64,000 nucleotides of DNA from Phaeosaccion multiseriatum (lineage: Eukaryota > Protista > Ochrophyta, other classes), in the NCBI GenBank assembly GCA_965112735.1, contig OZ218951.1, positions 5,924,964 to 5,988,963 on the forward strand. The letters are read 5' to 3'. Made by a program: the position numbers and the translations under genes. The notes under the pieces were generated by a model, which did no database searches, was not told the DNA's origin, and saw only the letters and a list, made by a program, of their open reading frames with translations. This document shows, one piece after another, positions 24,801 through 37,295 of this stretch (position 1 is its first letter; each line of letters opens with the position of its first letter).

Positions 24801-27712
24801 CCACAACATCGTCGTCCTTCGCATCATCCCTGTGGCCCAGTGGCGCATGGGAACGGTAACAGATGGCAACAGAACGAAAACATGTGAGCTACACGTGGCT
24901 CCATGGGGTGGGCCGAGGCAGCAGCTTTTAACCTTTACTATATACACTATAGTGTGCCATGCGAGCCTCTATCCTCCTGCCCTCTCTGCCACGAGGCAGG
25001 TATCCTCTTCAGCTCCTTCCAACGTCCATGTACCAATACGTACCTTGTGCTGTCGCCGCTGTCGCCGCTGACATTGCTGATCTGCGGGCGGATGAAGGCG
25101 AAGTAATGCCCTCCGTGCAGCTCCCCGCTGTGCACCAGCACGCTATGCAGGCGGTAGCGCTGAGGTGCAGCCGTTGGTGCTACACCAGGAGCAGCAGCAG
25201 CGGCAGCGGCGGCAGCGGCAGCCCCTGCCAGAGAGGGCTCCTGGTGTGTGGCAAGGTACTCGTCAATGTCGAGCGTCTCCGGGAATTCGAACTTGTCGTT
25301 GACCTTGACCATGTTCCCTGTGGCCATGTCGAACTCGAAGCGCTTGAGATGGATGTTCAGCACCGGAGGGAACTCCAGGAACTTGACACCTGTATATGTA
25401 TCAGCGGGCAAGTGCGGCAGCGAATTCACAAGATGCAGTGGTGAGAACGACTACACGCCGCCAGTCGCTGGCCCGCGGATTCGCATCACGCCCCTTGCAC
25501 CCCCTTCTTTCTTTCTTTCTTTCCTTCCTTCCTTCCTTCCGTCCTTCCTTCGCCTTCGCCTTCAATCGAACAATCCACCAACGGGGGCGTGTGGTTCTTC
25601 CCAGACAAGAAAGAAAAATAGAGAGAGAAGAAGACTCAAGATAAACAGACAAGAGACATCCCCTCAAACTCCAACTCCAACTGGCACTCCATGTTCATCT
25701 GCATCCGACCCACCCTTCTTGGCTGCCTGCTTGCCGAAGTGCCCCGCATCGTACTCATTGTCCCCGTCCATGAGCTCCTCCTCAGTGTACTTGGCGAAGC
25801 TCTGGTGGATGTTCCTGCAGCCCTTGACGTCGAGCTGAATGTCATAGTACGTCTCCTCCCTCTTGCTCTCGTAGTCCACGTCCACGCACCTGATGGACAT
25901 GTAGAGAAGGTTAGCGCAGAGGGGTCAGGAGCGCTGAGGAGAGAGAAGAGGAGAGAGAGGAGGAGGAGGAGCACAGAGGTCCCTTCCACTCCACTCCACT
26001 TGCCTGATGTAGGAGCGCAGGCGCCCCCCGAAGAGGCGCTCGATGGCCCCGTCGGCCTTGGTGCCCTTCATTTTCTCCTCGAGCTTGTCGCACAGCACGC
26101 GGTTGAGCTCCTGTACGTCCTGCTGCAGGAAGCTGTCGTACGTGTCCCAGCCGAAACTCTTGGTCAGCTCCTTGGTGCCCACGGGCCGGGGCGGCCCAAT
26201 GTGGCTGGCCTTAGCAACGCCATTGCCCTTGGACTCAATGGACTCAATGGACTCATTGGACTCATTGGATTCGCTCGTGGGCTGCCCCGTCTGCAGCCTC
26301 CAAAACACCTTCTGCAAGGCAAGCGGCACGCTCGTGGCGGCGTCCTCCCCCGCCGTGGGAATGTCGTACACGGCCTTGCGGAGGCTGTGCAGGTGGAAGA
26401 GCGTCTGCAGCAGGGAGTTCATGTAGCAGGTGGCGCCCTGGTTCTTCAGGCCCACCATGCCCGTCTCTCTGTTCCGATCCAAAGTAGAGAGTCCCCCCCT
26501 GCCCCCTACCGCGCTCCCGGCTGGGGAGATGTCCGTCACGCGCACCGCCAGGCGGAACGTACCCCCGGGCCAAAGCAGTGCCGGGTTGCCCTTGAGCTCC
26601 TTCCTCTCCCAGCACCTGGGGTAGCCGTAGTCGGAGTTGGTCGCTGTGAAGTCGTGCGCGAGCATGTCCTTCTCCTTGGACTGCGCGATGTCGAATCTGT
26701 CCAGGAGGGCGAGGTCGAACTCCACCCGGCGGTGCCAGCGCTCTCCGCCCCTGCACCCCGCCTGCAGCGCCTTGGCGTTGACCAGCTCGAGAAAGGCGGA
26801 TACGTTGCCCGTCGTGTTGTAGTCGTTCCCGAAGGGAAAGACCATGAGCCTCCACACGCAGCCCTCCTTGTCCCTCACAGCGCGGCTGTACAGCTTTTTG
26901 CGGCCGGGCTCGTGCGGCGTGGCGTAGTTTTTGGGGTGGAAGGGAAAGTCCGCCACGAACACGAGGCGGCCGTCCCCAACCTCCGTCAGTCTCTCAAGAC
27001 TGCCGCTCTCCTCATTGTCATTGTTCTCGTCGTTCTCGTCCTCCTCCACAATGGCCCTCTCCAGGCCCGCAAACTCCCGGCCCTGCACACCGCCGTCATC
27101 TGAAATCTGGTGGAGAGCCGGCGGTCCATACACCCGCTGCTGCCCATATGGCTGCTGCTGCCGAGGCGGAAGCTTCTTGAGGCGCTTGTTTGCAACGGGC
27201 GATATCGTTCGGCCCCCCTCCTCTGGCCCTGTGGCATCGTGCTCTCCTGGAGCGGTCGCGCCATTGAGCCCAAGCTCCATGCCACCAATCGGCGCCGTGA
27301 CGATACGTGACGAAGGGAAAGGTCTGAAGACCTCCTCCTCCCCCTCCTCCGCTTCCTCGTCCTCCTGCTGGGCAGGGGCCATCCTCGCCCCTACCCCTCC
27401 TCTGGCCTCCATGGGCGGTATGGCGCGAGCCACGCGGGAGACATTGCTGGGCGACAGATTGGGAGGAATGGGTCTGGTAGGAGGCCCACCATTCTCAATG
27501 TCTTCACCCGAGTCATACCTTTCAGGCGAGGCATCCCCGCCACCCCCTTGCGCCAGGTGCGGGTGGTGCGAGAAGGCCGGTTCCTGCCTCCCGTCGCTGT
27601 CTGGGGAAGCAGGAACTGGAGCCTCCTTCGCTACTGCCTCTGCGGCTGGTGAAGCAGGAGCTGGAGCATCAACCACAGGTTCTTGTTGCTCCTGATTCTC
27701 AGTGTTATCCAT
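18513..27712 (-). CDS. USP7: Ubiquitin-specific protease USP7/UBP12-13 homolog (MATH + USP catalytic + UBL domains), multi-exon
   Basis: MATH-like 'WRLMVFPFGN...VSAFLE'. Cys box GMVGLKNQGATCYMNSLLQTLFH; QQDVQELNRVLCDKLEEKMKGT; FPPVLNIHLKRFEFD; His box LHSVLVHSGELHGGHYFAFIRP; WFKFDDEHV; SAYMLVYVRE; C-terminal 'MEMGIKIRG'. Confidence 0.93.
19908..19962. repeat. Intronic 14-bp minisatellite (cacccttgtggcga)x4
   Basis: Tandem copies inside a USP7 intron. Confidence 0.85.
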
Positions 27713-29211
27713 CGCTGCCGCGCCACTTGCGCGTTGGCGCACTTGTTCCAAAGTCTTCGTCACGAGGAAGGCAAATTGCCTGGTTCCCAACCTCGCCCCC
27801 CCGCCCTGCGCCTGCTGCTACTACTCCCGTCCACCAAAAAATGACTAGAATACCCTTCTCCCACTATTCTCCTCTCTATCGAGGCTTCTGTCGAGATACT
27901 ATAGGGCGAAGCCACGCGGGAATGCAGCCGCGACGGCAAAACTTCCCGCGAAATGGGTACTAAGGGTCCGGCGCCTCACGTCTGCACCGCTCCTCCTCCT
28001 CCTCCTCCTCCTCCTCCTCCTCCTCCTCCCGCGCTGTCGGGTGCATTCACCCTCTCTCTCTTTTTTTTCTCTTTCTCACTCGTAAAGCTTCTTTCTTCCC
28101 AGTTCTGAAAAAAGGGAGCCCTGGCAGCAGATCCGGCGATGCCCACACCTCTCCCCCCCCTGCAGTAGGGCTTGTGGTGTTGGCTTACCACACGCGGCTT
28201 CTGTCTATGTCGTTTTTATGCTTACGTAAAGCACCCGTGAGGAGCATTTCCTCGTTGGGTGCCATCCCTCGTTTGGTGATGAACTGAAACGCAAACTGAA
28301 ACTCGTGGCCTGGGGGCGCCCAACACTGCTCTTCAAGACTTTCCCCTTCCTTCCTTCGTTTGTGTGGCTAGATAGTTTGCAGCCTCTGAGCTCATTCTCC
28401 CACCCTACGAAGAAGAGACAAGGTAAGAGCGAAAGTTTGCAGTGGAGAGGGGGGGCACGGAGTGTGGGGGGCAGCAAAGGAGGGAGAGGGGTAGTAAGCG
28501 TGGGTCGAGTCGAGTCTGTCTGAACGGGCGTGCTTGTTGTGCTGGCAGCTCTCTGCTGCTGCTGCTGCTGCTGTCAGCGCTCTTGTGTTGCTTGTGGGCA
28601 ATAGAGGGCGGAGTGCGTGGGAAAGGGGTCGCGGAGAGATGGTTATGTGATGGAGAAAGGCAGGGAGGGGGGGGGGGAAGGAAGGAAGATCAGAGAAGGT
28701 GCGTTCAGAGAGAGAGGCACGAAGGCAAACAGTGGCTGCAACGGAGCCGTGGGCCTGGGCCAGGACTCTTTTCTTTCGAAGGCCCTCTTTGTGGATCCAC
28801 CCCAGCCCCAGCGAGCAGCGTGTGGGATGAGCGAAGGAAAAGTGGTGGAGAAGCATTGCATCAGCTCGGCTGACTGAGTTACAGTAGAAGGAAGCAGCGG
28901 GAACCGTGGCTCAGGACGTTTTGTTTTTGCAGAAAGCTGTCTTTGGTCGGTCCAACAGTGGCGCGAAGATGAGGAAGGAACGGTGATGAAGACAATTGGA
29001 CTAGAGTTTCTGCAACACCATTGCTGATACACCCTTGGCTGACTGAGTTCCAACCACCATCGCGACGCGCGTACTTGAGTATGTCAGGGCCTCTTGTCTG
29101 CGATTGTGGGCAAAGTGAAGTTGTTTCAGAGAAAGAGAACGAGGGCGACGAATGACGGGAGTGTGGCTGACTCTCTCCGAACGCGTCGCGTGCCTGTTGT
29201 CTTCTCCACAG

Positions 29212-31469
29212 ATGCCTCTCTCCGCCGAGCGTAAGACCTGGTACTTCGGCCGCCTTAAGGAGCTGCTGGAGAACTACTCCAAGATCTTCATCGTCAGCGC
29301 AGACAATGTCGGATCCAAGCAGGTAGGGAACCCATCAAACCCTAGCTCTCTTCTCCTGCCCCCCCCCCCCTCCCGCCCCTCCCCTGTAGGCTCTTACCCT
29401 GAGCTACCTTGGCCCTTTCCCTCCCTCAACTCTCAGATGGCCAACATCCGCTTCCAGCTGCGCGGCCACGCCGTCGTGCTCATGGGAAAGAACACCATGA
29501 TGCGCAAGGTCAGTGTCTGGTGTCAGTCAGTGCCTGGTGCCAGTCAGTTGCCTTTGACCATGGGGCTCCACGATGCGCTCCACGTTCTCACATGTGCAGC
29601 TGGCCTCATTCTTCCTCCGCCCTGTTTTGTCTTTGGTCTTTGGTATCTGCCCACCCTGAGCAACAACCATCCTATACCCACCCTCAACGCTTCTGTATCA
29701 CCAACTCCTGCCCCTGATTCCCCCACCCCACAGGTTCTCAACAGCTTCCTGAAGGAGAACCCCGGCCACCCCTACGAGCAGCTGCTGGACGTGATCAGGG
29801 GCAACATGGGCTTCATCTTCACCAACGGAGACCTCACCAAGGTCAGTACAGTGCCAGGGCCTCCCCCCCCCTTTCCCTCTCTCCCCTTCCTCTCTTTCAG
29901 TTTCTTAGGTGACTTGTATGAATTAAATCAGTAAATAGCCCCGTACCTCACCTGCACTCTCTAACCCGACGTGCTTGTGCTTGTGCTGTGCTTGTGCTGT
30001 GCTTGTGTGTCCTCAGATCAAGGACGTGATGGAGGCGAACCGCGTGCCCGCCCCTGCCCGAGTGGGATCCCTGGCCCCTGTGGATGTCAAGGTGCCCCCC
30101 GGCCCCACGGGATGCGACCCCGGACAGACCTCCTTCTTCCAGGTGGGTGGAGGTGTGGGGAGTGTGAGGAGTTTCAGTGCTGGGTGTCGGGACCGGGCGA
30201 CGCAGGCCATCACAGGTGCTTATGAGGCGTATGAATGTGCTCCGTACTAAGCTCCGCCTCCGTCCGTGCTGCTGTTGCCCCCCCCCCCTGCTGCTCCCTG
30301 AAGGTGCTTCAAGTGCCCACGAAGATTACCCGCGGACAGATCGAGATCACGGCCGAGATGCATCTCATCAGCAAGGGAGACAAGGTGAGGCACCAGAGCA
30401 GTGGCACGGCAGTGGATCGGCAGTGGATGAGTGTGATGCGACCTTTTATGTCGTTGTCTTACCCCCTTCCGTTTCTTGTTGCCTTCCTAACTTGCTCACA
30501 GGTCGGATCCTCCGAGGCGGCTCTGCTGCAGAAGCTGGACATGTTGCCCTTCTCGTATGCGCTTGTCATCAGCTCCGTCTACGATAACGGTGAGCAGAGG
30601 AGGGCGAAGGGAGGGGGGAAGAGAGGGCAGTCTTAGGGAGAGGTGGTTCGCTGACTTGGTGCATGGTTTGACGCGATTGACTTGGCTGCGCTGTCCAAGA
30701 GCAGAGGGGCCGCCTCCGGGCAAGCACTCCCGCCCCTGTTCCTGTTCCAACTTGGCGCTAGACGAACGGACTTGGCTCCTCCCGATGCGTTGGCTTTGTT
30801 GCTCTGAGACGCTCCCCCGTCTGTGCGACACCTCGCGTCTTCGAAGGGAGGCACAGTTTGTTTTCCCTTCGTCTTGGTCTTCTTTGGTCTTCCAGTTTCG
30901 CGCTTCGCGTTGTTGACTCAAGCGTTCCTCTCTTCCGCTCTTTTGCCCGCTGCTGTCGCCATCTGACCGCTCTGCACGCACACGCACGTCTCCTCTGTGT
31001 AGGCTCTCTGTTCGACGCCGCGGTGCTGGACCTGACCCCTGAGGACCTCACGAATCGCTTCAAGAAGTGAGTCGTGCGGCATGTCCTAATGCCTGTGAGG
31101 CTGTTTTCTCTGCCTTCTTCGTAAGTCTTTCCCTTACTCACGTCTCTCTCTCTCTCTCTCTCTCTCCTCTCTCCCTTCAGCGCTGTGCGCAACGTGGCTG
31201 CGGTGTGCCTCGAGCTCGGGTACCCCACCCTTGCGTCCCTGCCCCACTCCATCGGCAACGCCTTCCGCACGCTGGTGGCGGTGGCTGTGGAGTGCGAGAC
31301 GTTCACCTTCGAGAAGGCCACGCCCTACAAGGTCAGTGGGATGGGGAGATGGACCGGGCGGGGTGAGGGGTGGCCTCCATTTTTCGTTCTTTTGCTCTTC
31401 ACTGTTCCGCCTCTGATTCTGTATCGAACAACCGTGCGTGTTTCTTCGCAGGAGGCCCTCGCTGCCTAG
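29212..31469 (+). CDS. RPLP0: 60S acidic ribosomal protein P0 (uL10), 9 coding exons, 272 aa
   Basis: Exons 29212-29322, 29437-29508, 29734-29841, 30017-30142, 30304-30384, 30502-30589, 31003-31066, 31181-31331, 31452-31469 total 819 nt. Motifs [64 protein letters not shown]. Confidence 0.95.
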
Positions 31470-32505
31470 GCACAAGCTGGTGACGGTCACGGGACCCCAG
31501 GGACGGCGGGGTGGAAGCAGTAGCAGGGGCGGAGCGGGAGCGCGGCGGGCGCTGTTTCCAGGGGTTGGCAGAGTGTAGGCAGAGCAGGCAGAGCAGAGCT
31601 GTCTCTGCGACCATACGCCTCTATCGCCCGAGAGGGGTCGACCAACGCTACGCGTTTTAAGACGGTTAAAGAGGCACTTGTTGTCTGAAGAGCTTGTCTC
31701 TCTCTCTCTCTCTCTCTGTGCCGTCACGTCTCTCTCGTATTCTTCTTCATTTCCCGGTTGAGATTTGCCGATTTGCCCATCGGATTGAGGGTTTCCAGGT
31801 TGCCGTAGCCCAGTATTTGCAGGTTGAGTCACCTCGAACGAAAAATAAAGAGGGAATATGGCAGCTAAGCAGCATCACAGGCGCTGTAAGGCTCTGCTCA
31901 TCAAAATGGTGGCCTCCATGGCCCTTGTGGCGCGGAGTACCGTGTGCTTCGCCGGGCCCCCGACCTTCGGCATTGACAGAAGTGGCAGTCCGAAAACAGC
32001 CCCTTGCACGCATGGCGCGACCCCCCCCCATGAGTGTGGCGGCGAGACGAGGCGGCAGAGCCCGAGGAGGATGCAAGCAAGGAGGGGTGCTTTTGCCGGG
32101 CCTGTTGCTGCTGCTGCGCGGAGAAGAGGGAGGGCACTGCCCAGAAGGGGCCGCGCCGGCCTGGCGATGGTGCCTTCGGGTGTGGGCAGTGGGAGGTCAG
32201 AGGCTGAGTCAGACGTGGCGGCGGCAGAGGCGGCGGCGGCGTCGGGGCCAGACTCTCCTATTCAGATCGAGCAGCTGGCAGAGGCGGCCAAAGCAGCCGC
32301 CCTGGCGATCGCTGCAGCCGCCACGGACACCGTCGCCGCCAAGGTAGCGCAAGCAGCAGCGCAGGCAGTGGATGCGGCCGCTGCAGATGAAAAGACGGCG
32401 GCGAGGGCAGCCACGGTGGCTGGAGCGACAGACGCAGCATGGGAACCCACGCCCGCGGGGGCAGGGCCGACTGCCACAGATGCGGAGAATGATGAGGCCG
32501 AGCCA
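30496..32505 (+). repeat. Segmental direct duplication, copy 1 (RPLP0 exons 6-9 + intergenic + 5' part of next gene)
   Basis: Near-identical to 35341-37295. Both copies start at tcacaggtcggatcc and part after gatgaggc(c/t)gagcca. Confidence 0.95.
30688..30858 (+). ncRNA. Candidate intronic H/ACA box snoRNA in RPLP0 intron 6
   Basis: Hairpin 1 (gcg..ccaag..aggggc / gcccct..cttggcgc), H-box AGACGA (ANANNA) at 30760-30765, hairpin 2 (cctccc/gggagg, gatgcg/cgcgtc, tgttgc/gcgaca, agacg/cgtct), then ACA+3 nt at 30853-30858. Confidence 0.45.
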
Positions 32506-33396
32506 ACCCAGAAGCAGCAGCACGAGGCGGCGGCACCGCAGCCCCGCTCCATCCGCGGCCCTGACCTCCGCAGGTCCGACCCCGATCTTTGGGATATCCT
32601 GCAGTCGGAGAGGGGGCGGCAGAGGCAGTCGCTGGAGCTCATCGCCTCTGAGAACTTCGCCTCCAGGGCGGTGATGGAGGCGCTCGGCAGCCTCATGACC
32701 AACAAGTACAGCGAGGGCACTCCGGGGGCGAGGTGAGGGAAGAGTGGATGGGTAGATCGGGAGGGAGGGGGAGGGGGAGAGAGGGGTGGGGAGGTAGATA
32801 GAGACGGACAGAGGGATGGTGTTGGGAGAGGAGACAGAAACGACAGCGAGGTGGTGATGGGAGGGGAGAGATGCAGACGAAGGTGGTGTGCCATGCTGCC
32901 AATCCAATGAGATGAGCTTGCTTTGGAGGGCAGGGCATCTGTGTGCCCTGGGGTGCACGCATGTTGTGTGTGTGTGTGTGTTTGTGCTTGAGACAATTGT
33001 CCAACACAGCCCCATCGCTACCCCCACCCCCCTCCCGCCCCCTGTCGATGTGAAGGTATTACGGCGGCAACGAGTTCGTGGACCAGATGGAGCGCCTCTG
33101 CCAGGAGAGGGCCCTCACGGCCTACAGGTTAGACCCCGAGGAGTGGGCCGTCAACGTGCAGCCCTACAGGTACGGGATGGCAGTGGATGGGGGGGAGGGA
33201 AGGAAGCGCGCGTCTGTCTTGTGTCATCCCATCCTCCGCCCCCTGGCCCCTGGCCCTTGTTTTGGTTTGCTTCTTTGCTCAGTCTGTGGCGCGCGACAAA
33301 CCTTCCAACTTGCCCGCCTCATGTGTATCTCTCTTCTTTCGTGGGCCTCTCTTATGGGTATGTCTGTGTCTCTCTTCTGTCTCTCTCTCTTCTCAC

Positions 33397-33436
<40 letters not shown>

Positions 33437-34752
33437 TTTGTCTCTCTCTCTCTCTCTCTTCTCAGCGGCTCCCCCGCCAACTTCGCTGTGCTGACGGCCC
33501 TTCTCGAGCCTCACGACCGAGTCATGGGCCTGGACCTTCCCTCGGGAGGGCACCTGACGCACGGCTACTACACCGCTAAGAGGAAAGTCAGCGCCACGAG
33601 CATCTACTTCGAGAGCCTGCCCTACCAGGTAAGTCGGGCCTTCAGTTCTGTAAGCTCGGCGAGCAGCGGCGAGCATGCAGGCAGACAGACAGGTAGACAG
33701 TCAGACAGGTAGAGGACAGGCAGATATGAGTCGCTTACGCACCCTCCGCCGTGCCCTCTTCGCTGCTCATCAGCCCGCCCCCCTTCCCCTGCCCCCTGCA
33801 ACGCCCCAACGAAGGTGGATGCCGAGACGGGGCTGATCGACTACGACGCTCTGGAGCAGCAGGCCGTGCTCTTCCAGCCGAAGCTCATCATGGCCGGGGC
33901 CAGCGCGTACTCCAGGGATTGGGACTACGCCCGAATGCGCGCTATCTGTGACAAGGTGGGTGCCTACCTCATGACGGATATGGCGCACATCAGCGGGCTC
34001 GTGCTCGCGGAGGAGGCCAACGACCCCTTCCTGCACAGCCACATCGTCACCACCACCACACACAAGAGCCTCAGGGGGCCCAGGGTACGTTCTTTGTTGT
34101 TGTTGTTGTTGTTGCTGTTGCTGTTGTTGTTGTTGTGCTGTGTATGTGCGGGCGATGCTTTCTTCTGGTCTTGGTGCGGCCACTGGCAGTCTTTTGTGCT
34201 ATTCCTTCCTTCGTTTTGCCCCCGATGCCTCTTACCCCCCCCCCCTCCCCTGTCCCCAGGCCGGCATGATCTTCTGCCGCAAGGAGCTGCAGGCTGCCAT
34301 CGACTTTGCTGTGTTTCCGAGCCTGCAGGGAGGGCCTCACAACCACCAGATACTCGCACTCGCCACCGCTCTGCATGAGGCCACCACAGAAGACTTCCGG
34401 GCATACATCAGACAGGTTCGTGGGGATTGGTTGGGTGGCTGATTGGGGCTTCTGCCCAGCAACTTCACTTCCCGTCCTGCAAGTGCTTTTCGTGTGTGTG
34501 ACCCCATCCCATGCCGTGTATCTCGCGTACCCCGTGTTTGCGTGAACCCCGCGGCGCTACAGGTGAAGAAGAATGCCCAGGCGCTCTCCTCGGCTCTGCA
34601 GGAGCTGGGCTACACAATTGTGACCGGCGGCACGGAGAACCACCTCGTGCTGTGGGATCTCCGGCCGCAGAAGCTGACGGGGTCCAAGCTCGAGGCCCTG
34701 CTGGAGGAGGTGAGAAACACTCTGAGAACGATCTTTGGGAAAGTTGCAATAT

Positions 34753-34790
<38 letters not shown>

Positions 34791-35297
34791 CCACCCCTGC
34801 TTGTGCCCCGCCCTGACCCCCTGTTCTTGTCCATGGCTTTCATCGCGAGCTTCGCCGGCAGTGACGATAGAAGAGCCGCGAGTGCTTCCTGCAGCGGGCT
34901 GACCCAACTTACCACTTGTTCGCACTCCTCCCAACACGTTTGCTCTTATTCTTATCCTCCCCATCCGCTGCCCCCCCCCCCAAAGACCTCCATCACCGTC
35001 AACAAGAACACGGTGTTCGGCGACAAGAGCGCCCTCTCCCCCGGAGGGGTGCGGTTGGGCACGCCCGCCATGACCACGCGGGGCCTCAAGGAGGGGGACT
35101 TCCGAAGGGTTGCCGAGCTCCTGCACAGGGGGGTGCAGGCCGCGCTGAGGATACAGGACGAGGCGGAGAGTAGGAAGCTCACGGACTTCAAGGCTGCGCT
35201 GCAGAAGGAGGTGGCGGCGGAAGGGGAGGAGGGGCAGGTGGGGGCGTTGCGAAAGGAGGTGCGCGACTGGTGCGAGACGTTGTACTTTCCCGAGTAG
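31858..35297 (+). CDS. SHMT: Serine hydroxymethyltransferase with a long N-terminal extension (probable organellar/plastid targeting)
   Basis: Exons 31858(or 31906)-32732, 33056-33169, 33466-33628, 33815-34084, 34260-34415, 34563-34709, 34986-35297. Motifs [72 protein letters not shown] (PLP Lys), [24 protein letters not shown]. Confidence 0.95.
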
Positions 35298-35340
35298 GGA
35301 AGTGTGAAGTCAGGGTGGGGGCATGCAGGCAGCCGCAGTA

Positions 35341-37295
35341 TCACAGGTCGGATCCTCCGAGGCGGCTCTGCTGCAGAAGCTGGACATGTTGCCCTTCTCG
35401 TATGCGCTTGTCATCAGCTCCGTCTACGATAACGGTGAGCAGAGGAGGGCGAAGGGAGGGGGGAAGAGAGGGCGGTCTTAGGGAGGAAGAGGTGGTTCGC
35501 TGACTTGGTGCATGGTTTGACGCGATTGACTTGGCTGCGCTGTCCAAGAGCAGAGGGGCCGCCTCCGGGCAAGCACTCCCGCCCCTGTTCCTGTTCCAAC
35601 TTGGCGCTAGACGAACGGACTTGGCTCCTCCCGATGCGTTGGCTTTGATGCTCTGAGACGCTCCCCCGTCTGTGCGACACCTCGCGTCTTCGAAGGGAGG
35701 CACATTTTGTTTTCCCTTCGTCTTGGTCTTCTTTGGTCTTCCAGTTTCGCGCTTCGCGTTGTTGACTCAAGCGTTCCTCTCTTCCGCTCTTTTGCCCGCT
35801 GCTGTCGCCATCTGACCGCTCTGCACGCACACGCACGTCTCCTCTGTGTAGGCTCTCTGTTCGACGCCGCGGTGCTGGACCTGACCCCTGAGGACCTCAC
35901 GAATCGCTTCAAGAAGTGAGTCGTGCGGCATTTCCTAATGCCTGTGAGGCTGTTTTCTCTGCCTTCTTTGTAAGTCTTTCCTTTACTCACGTCTCTCTCT
36001 CTCCTCTCCTCTCTCCTCGTTCAGCGCTGTGCGCAACGTGGCTGCGGTGTGCCTGGAGCTCGGGTACCCCACCCTTGCGTCCCTGCCCCACTCCATCGGC
36101 AACGCCTTCCGCACGCTCGTGGCGGTGGCTGTGGAGTGCGAGACGTTCACCTTCGAGAAGGCCACGCCCTACAAGGTCAGTGGGATGGGGAGATGGACCG
36201 GGCGGGGTGAGGGGTGGTCTCCATTTTTCGTTCTTTTGCCCTTCACTGTTCCGCCTCTGATTCTGTACCGAACAACCGTGCGTGTTCCTTCGCAGGAGGC
36301 CCTCGCTGCCTAGGCACAAGCTGGTGACGGTCACGGGACCCCAGGGACGGCGGGGTGGAAGCAGTAGCAGGGGCGGAGCGGGAGCGCGGCGGGCGCTGTT
36401 TCCAGGGGTTGGCAGAGTGTAGGCAGAGCAGGCAGAGCAGAGCTGTCTCTGCGCCCATACGACTCTATCGCCCGAGAGGGGTCGACCAACGCTACGCGTT
36501 TTAAGACGGTCAAAGAGGCACTTGTTTCGACTTGTTGTCTGAGGCTTGAGGTTGGTTTTTGCCCGCGTCGGAATGAGGGTTTCCAGATTGCCATATTTGC
36601 AGGGTGAGTCACCTCGTCCTAAAAAAAGTGAGAAAGAGATGAACATGGCAGCTAAGCAGCAGCATCGCAGGCGCTGTAAGGCTCCGCTCATCAAAATGGT
36701 GGCCTCCTTGGCCCTTGTGGCGCGGAGTGCCGTGTGCTTCGCCGGGCCCCCGACCTTCGGCATTGACAGAAGTGGCAGTCCGAAAAAGGCCCCTTGCACG
36801 TATGGCGCGACCCCCCCCCATGAGTGTGGCGGCGGGACGAGGCGGCAGAGCTCGAGGAGGATGCAAGCAAGGAGGGGTGCTTTTGCCGGGCCTGTTGCTG
36901 CTGCTGCGCGGAGAAGGGGGAGGGCACTGCCCAGAAGGGGCCGCGCCGGCCTGGCGATGGTGCCTTCGGGAGTGGGCAGTGGGAGGGCAGAGGCCGAGTC
37001 AGAGGTGGCGGCGGCAGAGGCGGCGGCGGCATCGGGGCCAGACTCTCCTGTCCAGATCGAGCAGCTGGCAGAGGCGGCCAAGGCAGCCGCCCTGGCGATC
37101 GCTGCAGCCGCCACAGACACCGTCGCCGCCAAGGTAGCGCAAGCAGCAGCGCAGGCAGTGGATGCGGCCGCTGCAGATGAAAAGACGGCGGCGAGGGCAG
37201 CCACGGTGGCTGGAGCGACAGACGAAGCATGGGAACCCACGCCCGCGGGGGCAGGGCCGACTGCCACAGATGCGGAGAATGATGAGGCTGAGCCA
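35341..37295 (+). repeat. Segmental direct duplication, copy 2
   Basis: Aligns by eye to 30496-32505 with scattered substitutions and with indels concentrated in the intergenic part. Confidence 0.95.
35347..36313 (+). pseudogene. RPLP0: 5'-truncated RPLP0 duplicate (last four exons with introns)
   Basis: Exons [14 protein letters not shown]..., [15 protein letters not shown]..., [16 protein letters not shown]... and EALAA* are repeated with no upstream exons. It starts ~50 bp after the SHMT stop. Confidence 0.85.
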
